From Carcharhinus amblyrhynchos (Eukaryota), in the NCBI GenBank assembly GCA_965287045.1, contig OZ336890.1:21204001-21268000 (forward strand): 64,000 bases of DNA. The letters are read 5' to 3'. Each line of letters begins with the position of its first letter. The stretch's first letter is position 1. Below the pieces are notes generated by a model that searched no databases, was not told the DNA's origin, and saw only the letters and a list, made by a program, of their open reading frames with translations. A program made the translations under genes and the position numbers. Of the stretch, positions 53,545 through 64,000 are shown piece after piece.

Positions 53545-53735
53545 TGCAATTCCGAGCATACACTGCCTTATTGTGAGAAAAAAAAGCGAAAGAAAAAGAA
53601 AATACTAATTTTTAATTATCTGGACGCTATGTGACATGCTACACTTCTGAAAAGGTTGCAGTTGAGAAGGAGCACTAAAAGATTTCTTTGCTTCAACAAC
53701 TTGTCTGTACAATGAGGCACGCACTGCTAGCAATC
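53545..53735 (-). other. bahcc1: Candidate non-coding first exon of bahcc1 (proximal promoter)
   Basis: Donor GCA|GTAAGT at 53545/53544, directly downstream (minus sense) of the duplicated promoter module. TSS position is inferred. Confidence 0.55.
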
Positions 53736-53741
53736 CTGGGT

Positions 53742-53843
53742 TCCTGTCAATCAAATTGTGTAAACAAGACCCCCATTGGCTGGCGGCCCGCCAGACTCCT
53801 GTCAATCAAACTGTGTAAACAAGCCTCTGATTGGCTGGCGGCC
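53742..53843. promoter_or_regulatory. Tandemly duplicated 47-bp promoter module: PBX-PREP/MEIS decamer + forkhead site + CCAAT box
   Basis: tcctgtcaatcaaa(t/c)tgtgtaaacaag..attggctggcggcc at 53742-53788 and 53797-53843. The minus strand reads CCAAT, TGTTTAC, TGATTGACAG in each copy. Confidence 0.8.
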
Positions 53844-53927
53844 AGTCCGCACCGGGCTGCATGAAAAGCCATTAGGGCGCGGCGACGGTTTCGGGGCGCC
53901 CCTCGCTGCCAGTCGCCGGCAGAGAGC

Positions 53928-53933
53928 TATAAA
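53928..53933 (+). promoter_or_regulatory. TATA-like box (TATAAA) in CpG-rich context, pointing away from bahcc1
   Basis: gagcTATAAAggcg about 85 bp beyond the duplicated module. Confidence 0.5.
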
Positions 53934-54766
53934 GGCGAGTGACGGTTTCGCGGCGGCCACCACAGAAGACCCAAATGGCCCTAGAGCAAGAAAAGGGAAG
54001 AGTGGAGTTTGGAGTGCAGGAGGAAGGTGATCTTTCTTTTGCAGGGAATTGCTATTGGGGGGGTGGGGGTTTTACATAGAAGGAAAAAGTGCAAACGTGA
54101 GGCAGCAGAATTGCAGAAGAGATTGGAGAGAGAGACACACACACACATACATAAGCAACGTGGAAGCAAAGGACAGAATAATGGGACAGGGGAGGAAAAA
54201 AAAGTGGTGCTGTGAGCAGCCAGATAAGCAGACTTTCTCCACCGCCAGGAAGAAGGCAGCAAGATCATTGCGACAGAATGAGGAGCAACAGCGGGCATTG
54301 AATGGGAAAACACTTTAAAGTCATTTAACATGCGCCAGGGTGAGTGTCAGAAAGATAAAACTGTGCCCAAAAGGAGAGAGCTGGCGGTTTCAGAGTTTTA
54401 CTGCACACAAAACAAGAATTCGCCAAAGGAAGGGAGAAAAAAAATCTGAGATCGGAAGAAGTTGGAACAATCAGCAGTTGTTCACGATAGGGGGAAGAAA
54501 CGCAACGCAAAATGCCTGGCGCGAAGAGGAAGTTTGAAATGCAATGTGCAGAAAACACATGGTGTGTGTGCTAGCTTCCTCCTGGGCAGACTTCATTCTG
54601 CATTGCAGAAGTTTCAAGACAAGGGAATCGTGCAAACTCAAGGTGGGTTGAAAATATAGTTATTTGTTCTAATTCTATTTGTGTTATCATTTATTGTGCA
54701 GCTATTAGCCTCGCCTGTGTGTGATATGTGTGTGTGTGTGAAGCTCTACGTGTTTGATTTACTCAC

Positions 54767-55100
54767 CCGTCCTATATCTGACTTGTAATTCTCTCCTTTT
54801 TGCCTCCTCTTTCTCCATCTCTCCTCTCCCCCTTTCTCTCTCCCCTCTCCACCTCGCCCCCCACCTCTCCCCTCCTCTTCTTTCCCTCCCCTCTCTCTTG
54901 TCTTCCCCTCCCCCTCTCCTTTCTCCCTTCTCCCCCTTTCTTCATCCTTTCTCCTCTCCCCCTTTCCCTCTACTCTTCTCCCTTCTCTCTCTTCTCTCCT
55001 CTCCTCTATCGCCCCTCCCCCCCCCAACCCCGTACACCAACAGTGCACAGAGGAGAGTCCTGTTGAAGCCTGGAGGACCAGCGGATAGGATAATTAATGC
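54767..55100 (-). other. Candidate alternative upstream non-coding exon (purine-rich)
   Basis: Minus-strand donor CGG|GTGAGT at 54767/54766. The 5' boundary is unknown. Confidence 0.3.
54790..55025. repeat. Polypyrimidine/polypurine low-complexity tract
   Basis: About 240 bp almost exclusively C/T on the plus strand. Confidence 0.9.
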
Positions 55101-58100
55101 AAAATGACTGATGGCTGTTGAAGAAGGCAAGTCCTGCAAAGAGGATTGTGCGTGATCAATGAAGCATCACTGACTGACAGTTTCCTTCGATCTTACACCC
55201 AGATCCAACTACCGGAACAAGGATGTGTCAGCAGAGGCCGGAGGCTACTCGCTACATGCTTGCAATGCAAGGCAAAACGCAACGAAAAGGGGGCCACGGC
55301 AGAGAGACGAGACGCTTCTTCCTAAAGTAATTTTATGTAATAAAAACAGAACACACCGAAGAAACGCCGGGTATAAAAAGCCGTGTTCCACTGCATCTGA
55401 GAGCGGGAATAACCTACACTGATTGTGTATATATTTAAACTCAATATCATTCATTCACAAGCTTTAGTCTAAGCGCCGGGTTTGTTAGCTTTGTATCGAT
55501 TGACTGCAGAGGTGGGAGCTGCAGAGATAACTGGACATTAACCATGTTAAAATCCACAGTACCCTCCCATTTCAGACCGACTTCCATCAATTCAAGACCA
55601 AAATCTCTGGGGTTTCATTCAGAAACCAGTCTAATACAATGGAGAAAAATGACAGTGTTTCACTGAGGAAAGTAGAGTCTGGTTTTATTTTTCTTTTAAA
55701 TGCCAGCAATTCAAATAGGCAAGGTAGCGGCTGTAGGGTTTCAAGATAGATTGGTTTTTAAAAAAAGCCTCGGAAGAAGGGAGACTGTTACTTTAATCCA
55801 CCTAGCTTTGGGCGAATGTGAGAACTCTCTAATAGGGTTATGCATCTGTGTTGCATTAGAGATTGTTAAGGTCACCCCTCGTAAACGGAAGAAGCTATTG
55901 GCCCGGCTGCTTCATTACGATGTATTTTATTTGGAAAAAAAAGAAAAAACGTAAAAGTAAACGGGGCTCGAAAAGAGCCGAGAAGCCAGCCCGCGGCCGG
56001 TGAATGTGTAGCCCGCGTGTTTCAATCGCCGTGTGTCTTGCGGAGAAATGTTCAGGGATATGAATCGGAACAGATCGCGTTTCCAGAGCGCTGGATTTTT
56101 TTTAAATGTCGTTAGTTGTTGGGACAGAGATCTGGTTTTGAGCTTTTAACAAGTTGAAACCTACCGATAGCCATAACGACTACTTTTAACCATCAATTAG
56201 AGGGAAAGTGTTTGAAAGGTAAACCAGATGTCTGTCCGTACTTAGTATTAACATTCTAAGTGACTGTAACGGCAAATCAAAGAGACACATAAAAACTGAA
56301 ATAGCTCGTAAGGTCAGACATTGCCTTCTTTCGACTCGGAACAGCTTTTATCCCCTTTTTTTAAAGATACACTTTGCACAATGGGCCCCTTTATTGTCGG
56401 GTGGCGCGCTCACGTTCTGGTGAAGTTACTAATGTAATCGCATGGAAGAAACTTGCCAAAATGATTGAAAATAAAGATAGCGAACGCCATTCGCGGCTGC
56501 GATGCCTCTCTTTTGGCCATTTTGTATTAAACCCTCTTATTTATTTGACAGATGAATCTTTAAAAGCGCGCCACACTTTTTTTAAAAAAATCTTTTGTAA
56601 AAGCTGGAGGCATTAAAGAATGCCCTTTAAATTCTGTTACTTTCTTTGCAAATCGGCCACCTTTCAAAGGGCGAGGTAAATGTGCAGAGAGCACAGTGTA
56701 TACAACAGAATCAACTCCATTTTAAACCTCTTGCTCGGTCCAGTTACCGCAATCGTTCATTTTTTTTCCCCCACATAACAAATTTCCACATTTAAGATCG
56801 TGTGGCGACTTTTTTTTTAATTGCGAGCCTAGACAAACATTGTGTGATTTCTCTAACAATATCTTCCTCTGACGTGGATTTTTTTCCCCCGCTGTTTGAT
56901 TTTTTTTGCTATATTGAATTCTAGAAGAATTCATGTTTTTACCGCCCTGCTTCCTGAGACAACTAAGCAGAGGGAGTGCTCAGTTCAGCTTGAACTGGAG
57001 AGGCTAAAGTGCTTTGCAGCAATTGGAGTTGTAATACCTCAGCAAATTCTGGGGCATATATATTTTTTTTAAATGATGTGGTTTCGAATCTCGGATTCCT
57101 CTCTCATACATATTTGGAATACCCCCATTGAAAATTAAACTCATCTTATAGTTCAGAGTCAGAACTCAGGCCTTTGTGGCTAAGTTTCATTATGGAGCAT
57201 GTTTGATTTCTGGCGTTTAGGGGTGTGCTAAATCACAAATAGCACACTTCCTTCATATAACCCCCAAAATTGCAGCCACGCTTTTAAATCCAGCGGTGCA
57301 AAATCTGATTTACTTAATCCCCGGGTTGCTAATAATAACCATATTTTTTCCTCTATATTCCCAAATACATTGTTGGGATCCTGATCAGATTTTTTTTCAT
57401 TGACGAACAAACAAATTCTAATTATCCATTACACGCGGATGACATGTTCGGACATCCCAGTGCTGCGTTTTGTGAATATTCTGCCGAATTGGAAATTTGA
57501 TTTGGCCTTTTCTGAATAAAGGGAGCTCTGTGATTTTGGGATGACGGCACCTTCATTCTGAACATGCAGCCACATGCTGGGAATTTTGAAAAATAAAACA
57601 ATTGTATGTTATTCATTTCAACATTGTATTACAGTGGCCTTGCTATTTCTGTCATTTTTTAAAAAAAACTTGCATGGACTTTAGACAAACCCCTTTTTTT
57701 GTTCTGGGCTGGTTCTGCTTTCTGTAGTAGAGCGAGTTAATGTCTTTTTTTCACCTTAATGGAGGCTACTTTTAAAAATGGAGGGAATAATCTAGAGCGT
57801 TGGTCCCAACAACCCGTCCAAAGGGGGCTTTAAGCGAAAAGGACTTCAAGACTTGTCACAGTTGTTCACTATCAATTTACTATCAAACAACACGAGGAAA
57901 GAGCACAGTCAACGTTCAATATGTGCGGTGGTTATTAGCAATTGCGATCCGCTGATGAATTTATGCATTGTAACGAATTTAATTACTGATCTAAATAAAT
58001 GTTATACACGGCATGCAGATGGCTATTTTAATATTGTATTGGGTTACCCCGCGTCTTTTACTTGCTCGCCGCAGGCTTGGCTTGGGCCGGGCTCGCAGAA

Positions 58101-61100
58101 GGCCAGGCAAATAGCGAGGGCTTCCCCCCCCCGCCCCCGAGATTGGAAGGACTGCACTGGGTTCAAATTGCAGGAGGGGGCCGCTGAATCTTGTGTCCTT
58201 TTTTTGCGAGAAGGATGATGAGGCACAGTTCTCATATGTTACTCCCCACCCCCATTCTGGATGGAAGGATGTGACTGTGTGTGAATATAAAATGTACACG
58301 TTATTCTACCACACCCTCAAACAAGGAGTTTTAAAAGCAACATTGGTATGGTCTGCAAACATTCTATTTATAACGCATTTTAAAACTGCAACTCACAGAG
58401 CCAGGATGGATATTTCCCAGACTATTAAAATTACTTGTGGAGGGGGGTCAGCTTTTTCAGTGACAGGGTATAAATCTGGCTACGAGATGACAATGTGAAG
58501 TTGCCCGGGCGCGGAGCTGAGTGAATTACACTTTCGGTTTCAGATCTTATCAATCGGAAGACTTGGCTAGAAATCTGCATTTTGTCAAAAGTTTCAAACA
58601 AAACTCTTTGAGAACAGTGGGTTGCAGCGAGAGCACCAGAAAGAGAGAGAAATGGGGATCGAGAGAGCAAAAAAAATACAAATGGGGGGATACATTCATC
58701 TGGAATAAACCGAAAGCCCCGAGAGAGAGAGGAGCTGGCTGGAGAAGCTGGGGCAAAGCTGAGGTGTGCATATTCAGATTGTAGACTGAGAAAGCGGCGG
58801 GGGTTTTATTTCAATCCAACATGACGGTGCAGAATCAAAAGGGGGAAAGTGCAGTGTGTTTTGAGGGGTTTGCGAGGAATGAGACCTTCCGAACTCTGAC
58901 CGAATAAAACGCATTCATCTACAGATTAATACTGTTTAAGCTCTTGGAGTTAAGGATCTACACAATTTGTTCTCTCTCTCTGGGTGTGTGTGTGTGTCTA
59001 TGCAATAAATACAAGCGGATATTCAAACGTTAAACAAGAAATCTTTGCAACCTCGCAGTTCGGTGGTGGCACCGCTCATGGAGTGTGTTTGGGTAATAAA
59101 TAGGTCGCTATTTTTTGCCACAGTTCCTCGGGATAGCGCCGATGTGGCCGGAGTTTCTCACATTGTCACTTAAAGACACCAAATACTTTGCCGCAGTGGG
59201 GGCACCCACATGAAGCGAATTACAAAGCGGCGAATGCGAAAAAGAAACCCGTCGAATAACACCCAGATTTACAATCGTAATTCCGTGCTCATGATGTTTG
59301 ATTTGCAGAGTGGCCCTTGCAAAGCTCGGCAAGCGTTTGCCTGAAGAGCCGAGCTCATCACAGCGTCGCCCGGACGCTGCAGGCTTCCTCTCTCCCTCTC
59401 CTCTCACACACAGCACACTCTCTCTCCCCTCTGAGCGTACTTCAAGCCGGTGAATTCGCTGGAGAATTCAGCAAAACGGCATGGACACAGCGAGGCTCCG
59501 AGAATGAAACTGAAAACACACACACACACAGACTCTGCTCCCTCTCACACACACACGTAAACCAAAGTTAAACTCGAAGCGGTTTTTTTTTAATTTGGCA
59601 ACACTAAGTGTGCTGGGGAATCCCCCACTGCACGTGTTACAATGATCTTTTTCAAGGTGCACTGATATTGAAGAGAATCCTCTCACACCACACACATTTC
59701 ACTCACACGTTTGAACCTAAATGCCGAAGAGAGGCAGAGATTACCTTTCTGGGGAGGGGAGGGGAGGGGAGTGGGGGCGCGGTGTGGATAAGTCTGAATC
59801 CAGTTTGATTCAGATGGCTAAATTTTGATTACATTTCCCCACTGGGGGGAGGGTGAAAAAAAATCAACATTCTTTATCCAACAAGCTTTTTATTTTGATT
59901 TAGTGTGTGTGTGTTCCCCCACCACATTTTAAACAATTAGCAACCCAGCCTTCAGTCAGGGGAAGCACAATGAGATGATAGTTGATTATAAAAACACCCC
60001 CCCCCCCCCCTCCCCACACACACACATCACAAACAGTTCCCCAAAACGCGGGATTCTCCTTTCAAACTCCTTTTCTTCCTTCCCCTTTTGTTATTTGAGC
60101 ACACAATGTCCAATAAAACAAATATCTAAAAAGATGTTCTAGTTTTCACACCCGGCCCCGTAAGGTGCCTCCAATCGAGATGTTTTTTAAAAAAATATTC
60201 AGCAATGTTAACCTAAATTTGAAAAAAAACTGATTCCGCAGATAAGAAGAGGATTACAGCGGTCTGCATGATTTCACTTCCTCCATGCCAACGGCCGACT
60301 ATCTGTACATCGCCAAAAGAAAATACTCGAATTTCTGTTATAATTTGATTAAAAATAACAAAAGGCGTTTTGTGCTCCTAAATGTACTGGAGTCCAGGGT
60401 TTAATCTATTCGCTTTAAGCCTTCAAAACAACATCTAATTGGCAACGTATTAGTAATCCGGCAACTGAAACCCTGTCAGGTTTTTTTTACATTTAAAAAA
60501 AGGATATATCGAAAAGGGGAATGAATGACTTTGCAGAATAGAACAGTGTCGGATGACAACTCTGGATAGAACCCCAGTTTTATCTAAAGAGTATAATGTT
60601 GGCCTTGTCATGAATGTAATTGCATGAGTTGTATTAACTACATTTTCGGCAGTACCCGATTTTTAAATACATATATTTACTATATATTATACGATCATAC
60701 ATACCAGGCGTTTTATTCTGCTGCAGTTTATTACGCGTTCATGTGTGCCCTTCATTCCCGATGCATCAACATCCCGCCCGCAATGGAAACGCGAGGGGGA
60801 ACAATTTTAGAAGAGAATAATAATGTCACCGGCCTTTCAAATTAGCACAGCTAAAGCTGCCCAGATGTGAAAATTCACGCATTTGCTTCGGGTTTTCACC
60901 CACTAACATCCAGCCCCGTCTTTTTTTCGAGTACAAACGGAGCCACAGCTCTGGAAATCAGAAGTTTAATTTAAGTAGCAAGGGACACTTACCGCGTTCA
61001 CAAGCAAAGAGGGAAATAATATGGGGGCTCCGCCATTCTCACCCACACGCTTACTGCCAACATTCCCAGCGGAAACCCACTGCGTATGAAATGTATAATT

Positions 61101-62382
61101 TACTTCAAAAATACCCCGGTTCCAAATTGCATATTTTTCCTGCTGGATTTCCAAGAACTATAAATCCCATATCTTGCCTCTTTCACAGCATCGTTTCAAC
61201 TGCTTGCGCGGTTTTAGCACTGAATTACAACCACGCAATTCCCAGAAAAAAAGTTATTTTTAATTCTGAAATGAATCGGCAATCCTACATTCCGAAACAA
61301 GAGTCAAACGCAAAAGCACTGCAATGAAAAGTTTACACTGCTTATTATCCTAGAGGACAAATGATTTTAGGATATCTTATCATTTAAACCGCCTTCATTT
61401 TTTTATATATATAATGGTCTCTTTCATTGCTGCTTTTCTCTCTCTCTCTCTCCCACTCCATACATTGTGTTTATTTATAAATACCCCGATGGAAAAAATA
61501 ACACCATTTTTTTAAAAACTGGACGTACCGAAAGGAGGCAGATGGAGAATGTTTCCGTTGTAAATATCTGTTCGGTTTGTGTTTTTGTCCCCGGTTGCTG
61601 ATGGATGGATGGTGCTCAAACAGGACTCTACCTGTCTCCCTATACAGTATGAGAGGGAATGAACTCGGTCAAACAGATGCGCTCTGCGCTGCCACTGGCT
61701 CACAAATTTACGACTAGCTGACGTGCCTTTTCTCCCACAATGGAGCCGCTTGACATTAACCATAAAATTGATGAGAGAGAAGCGAAATCTAATCTCTTTT
61801 CCAGATCCTCTCCGCTTTTCCCCCAGTTTTAGTATCCCGCTGACCAGGCAGCCTGCTCCCTTTGTCTCGACCCCCGGCGTTTCCGCCACTATGTGTTGTG
61901 TTGTTGGGGCTTTTTTTTTCCCCTGGAGGGGTGGTGGGGATTGTGGGAGAATATATCCCCTCTCTTGAAGAAAATCCTAATTTTGCGATCGGAAGAAAAA
62001 AGAAGCTGCGATTGTGCAAACTTCCCCCTTCCAACTATTGCTATTGTTGTGTTCACGGTATTTACAAAAGAAAAGGGAAGGACTCTCCAAACTGAACCAG
62101 GAACTCGTCACCTAACACCAAGCCCCTCCTGTAGAAAGAAAGGATACATTTAAATAAATGGGTGCACATTAAGGGTTTATCCTGATTCTGCTAGGGGATT
62201 TTTTTTGGTGTATTTGCTGCTGACTGTATTTCCGCAGCTCCTGTTCCCGCACTGAGCTGTAGAGGACACACACACACACAGAGGCCCCCTTTGCTGTTAC
62301 AAGCTCGGATTTCCCCCCTCCGGCCAGTAGCTGCTGCATTGTCCTGAACTCCCAGCCGAGGTCATGACCCCGGGGGAGGGAG

Positions 62383-62465
62383 TGACGTCATTTCGGGAGC
62401 ACCCCCCCTCCTGGCCTGACGTCACGCAGCTGTTCCCCTCGTGTTACATCACACGAGTGACGTCA
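62383..62465. promoter_or_regulatory. Cluster of three perfect CRE/ATF palindromes (TGACGTCA)
   Basis: TGACGTCA at 62383, 62417 and 62458; ETS-like caggaaat and ccggaaat follow within 35 bp. Confidence 0.65.
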
Positions 62466-62568
62466 CCCGCCACAGGAAATCCCCGCCACCCGGAAATTCA
62501 AACCAGACTAAATGCTCAGGAGAGAAAATTGTACCACTTCACACCAAGCAGCCACACCATTCCTATTA

Positions 62569-62681
62569 GGGCTGGATTTTATGACCAACGTAAAATCCCA
62601 TCCGAGGTCAGCCAACGTTTCATTGGTCAGCCGCTCACCTGCTCTGATTTCTGAGGTGGGCGGGACGGTAAAATTCCAGCC
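62569..62681 (+). mobile_element. Short MITE-like element
   Basis: gggctggatttt ... gtaaaatcccatccgaggtc ... gggacggtaaaattccagcc; flanks tta/ata. Confidence 0.7.
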
Positions 62682-62689
62682 ATAGGCTT

Positions 62690-62805
62690 CGGAAACAGTC
62701 CCTTCGGCCCAATACGTCTATGCCAACCAGGTTTCCTAAACTGAACTAGTCCCTGTGTTTGGCCCATATCCCTCTAAATCTTTCCCATCTATGTACCTGT
62801 CCAGT
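62690..62805 (-). mobile_element. CR1-type LINE extreme 3' remnant
   Basis: gaaacagtcccttcggccc...tttggcccatatccctctaaa..tttcccatc.atgtacctgtcca. Confidence 0.7.
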
Positions 62806-62824
62806 ATACATACTTCCATACATA

Positions 62825-63112
62825 CTGCGCAGAATAAGGCCATTTGGCCCATTGAGCCTGTACTTGCAACAATCCTACCCAGGCCCTATCCCCATAACTC
62901 CACGTATTTATTCCACTAATCCCCCTGACAATTTAGCATGGCCAATCCACCTAACCCGCACATCTTTTGGACTGTGGAAAGAAACCGGAGTTCCCAGAGG
63001 AAACCCACACAAACACAGGCAGAATCTGCAGACACTACACAGTCACCCAAGCTGGGAATTGAACTCAGGTCCCTGGAGCTGTGAGGCAGCAGTGCTAACC
63101 ATTGTGCCACCA
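62825..63112 (-). mobile_element. HE1-like V-SINE, tail type A
   Basis: aggccatttggcccattgagcc ... gtgaggcagcagtgctaaccattgtgccacc. Confidence 0.88.
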
Positions 63113-63253
63113 GGCCGCCTTTTCTCCTTTTAAACGAACCCCCCCACCCCCATTCTTCTGTTAGTATATTGATTACTCATGTTCACATCAATTTGCCCCT
63201 ATCACTTACTTTCTTCTCCATCTCCTTCATCAGCTTGAACAACTGGTTTCAAC

Positions 63254-63422
63254 TCCAAAGATGTGAGGGTTCGGTGGATTGGCCACATTCAAATGTCCCT
63301 TAGTGTCAGGGGGATTAGTAGCATAGAGTGGGGTGAAGGGGATCAGCCCTCGGTGGGACTGTTGTCTGTGCAAGCCCATTTTGCCGAATGCCCTCTTTCT
63401 GCACTTAGGAATTCTATGATTC
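63254..63422 (+). mobile_element. 5'-truncated HE1-like V-SINE, tail type A
   Basis: tccaaagatgtgagggttcggtggattggcca ... tctgcacttaggaattctatgattc. Confidence 0.8.
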
Positions 63423-64000
63423 CATAAATTTACAAGGTCCCCAGGAGGTCACCGGCTCAGCGACCTGACTGTGTCCTGGTTACTTGGGTCCTCATGCATC
63501 CCAAAACCTGGGGATATTTATGCAGCTGATGAACTGTTTAATGTATACAGTTGTCTTATCAATGACTACCTGGAATGCAGAGGGAGAGAGGGAGGTGGGA
63601 TGTTAATATTGTTATACCTGAGTACCCCATACCTGGGAACTTGTGCCTTCAATTTGGATGAGACCCAAAGGTATTTTTAAAAGAGAAAAATAATGAATGT
63701 TTACAGTACTGGGAATACTCTTGGATAAGACTTTATTAACTTCTTCTTGAAGCTTTCCTTTAAATGCATCATATAGTTTTCACAGGGAGCCATAAACAAT
63801 CATATTTTTATTTTTAATTGCTAACACATTGATTCTTCATATAAATTTTTCTCAAATGAAAACAAATCAATTGAACATTTATTCTTTTATGATGACATTG
63901 CCTATCCATCTATCATGTTTGGTTGTTTGATCTTTGTCTGCAGTGTATAGCATTCCATCTAATTCATTAGCATTTCACAAAAGTTTAATTTTTCCTGCTT

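Larger units (their letters stand above)
53960..55100 (+). ncRNA. Candidate divergent/antisense spliced lncRNA (exon 1 ~53960-54339, intron 54340-55043)
   Basis: TATA at 53928; donor AGG|GTGAGT at 54339/54340; branch-like ctgac at ~54778; ~240-nt pyrimidine tract; first downstream AG at 55042-55043. Confidence 0.4.

Noticed and set aside
54746-55139. Glu/Gly/Arg-rich and Pro/Ser/Leu-rich ORFs
   Set aside because: Translations of the polypurine/polypyrimidine tract.

Overview
Eukaryotic (vertebrate) genomic DNA, almost certainly from a shark: it is full of HE1-type V-SINEs and CR1/HER1 LINE 3' ends. The only protein-coding sequence I can support is the first coding exon of bahcc1 on the minus strand (CDS 51525..51327, [14 protein letters not shown]...[13 protein letters not shown], with a clear splice acceptor and donor). 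I did not find the next exon, so 1-51326 is probably one intron longer than 51 kb, rich in SINEs, LINE remnants, MITE-like elements, local duplications and two minisatellites with higher-order structure. About 44.1-62.5 kb is CpG-rich and free of recognisable transposons. It holds a promoter built from a duplicated PBX/PREP-FOX-CCAAT module, candidate 5' non-coding exons with uORFs, a candidate spliced divergent antisense RNA and a triple-CRE cluster. The best leads are a SINE subfamily whose tail matches a Rex1/Babar LINE end, a U2-snRNA-headed element, an LF-SINE-like relic and the bidirectional promoter architecture. Family names come from recalled consensus sequences, not from a search, and repeat boundaries are approximate. 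Almost all ORF-track entries are spurious. I found no CRISPR array or prokaryote-type system.
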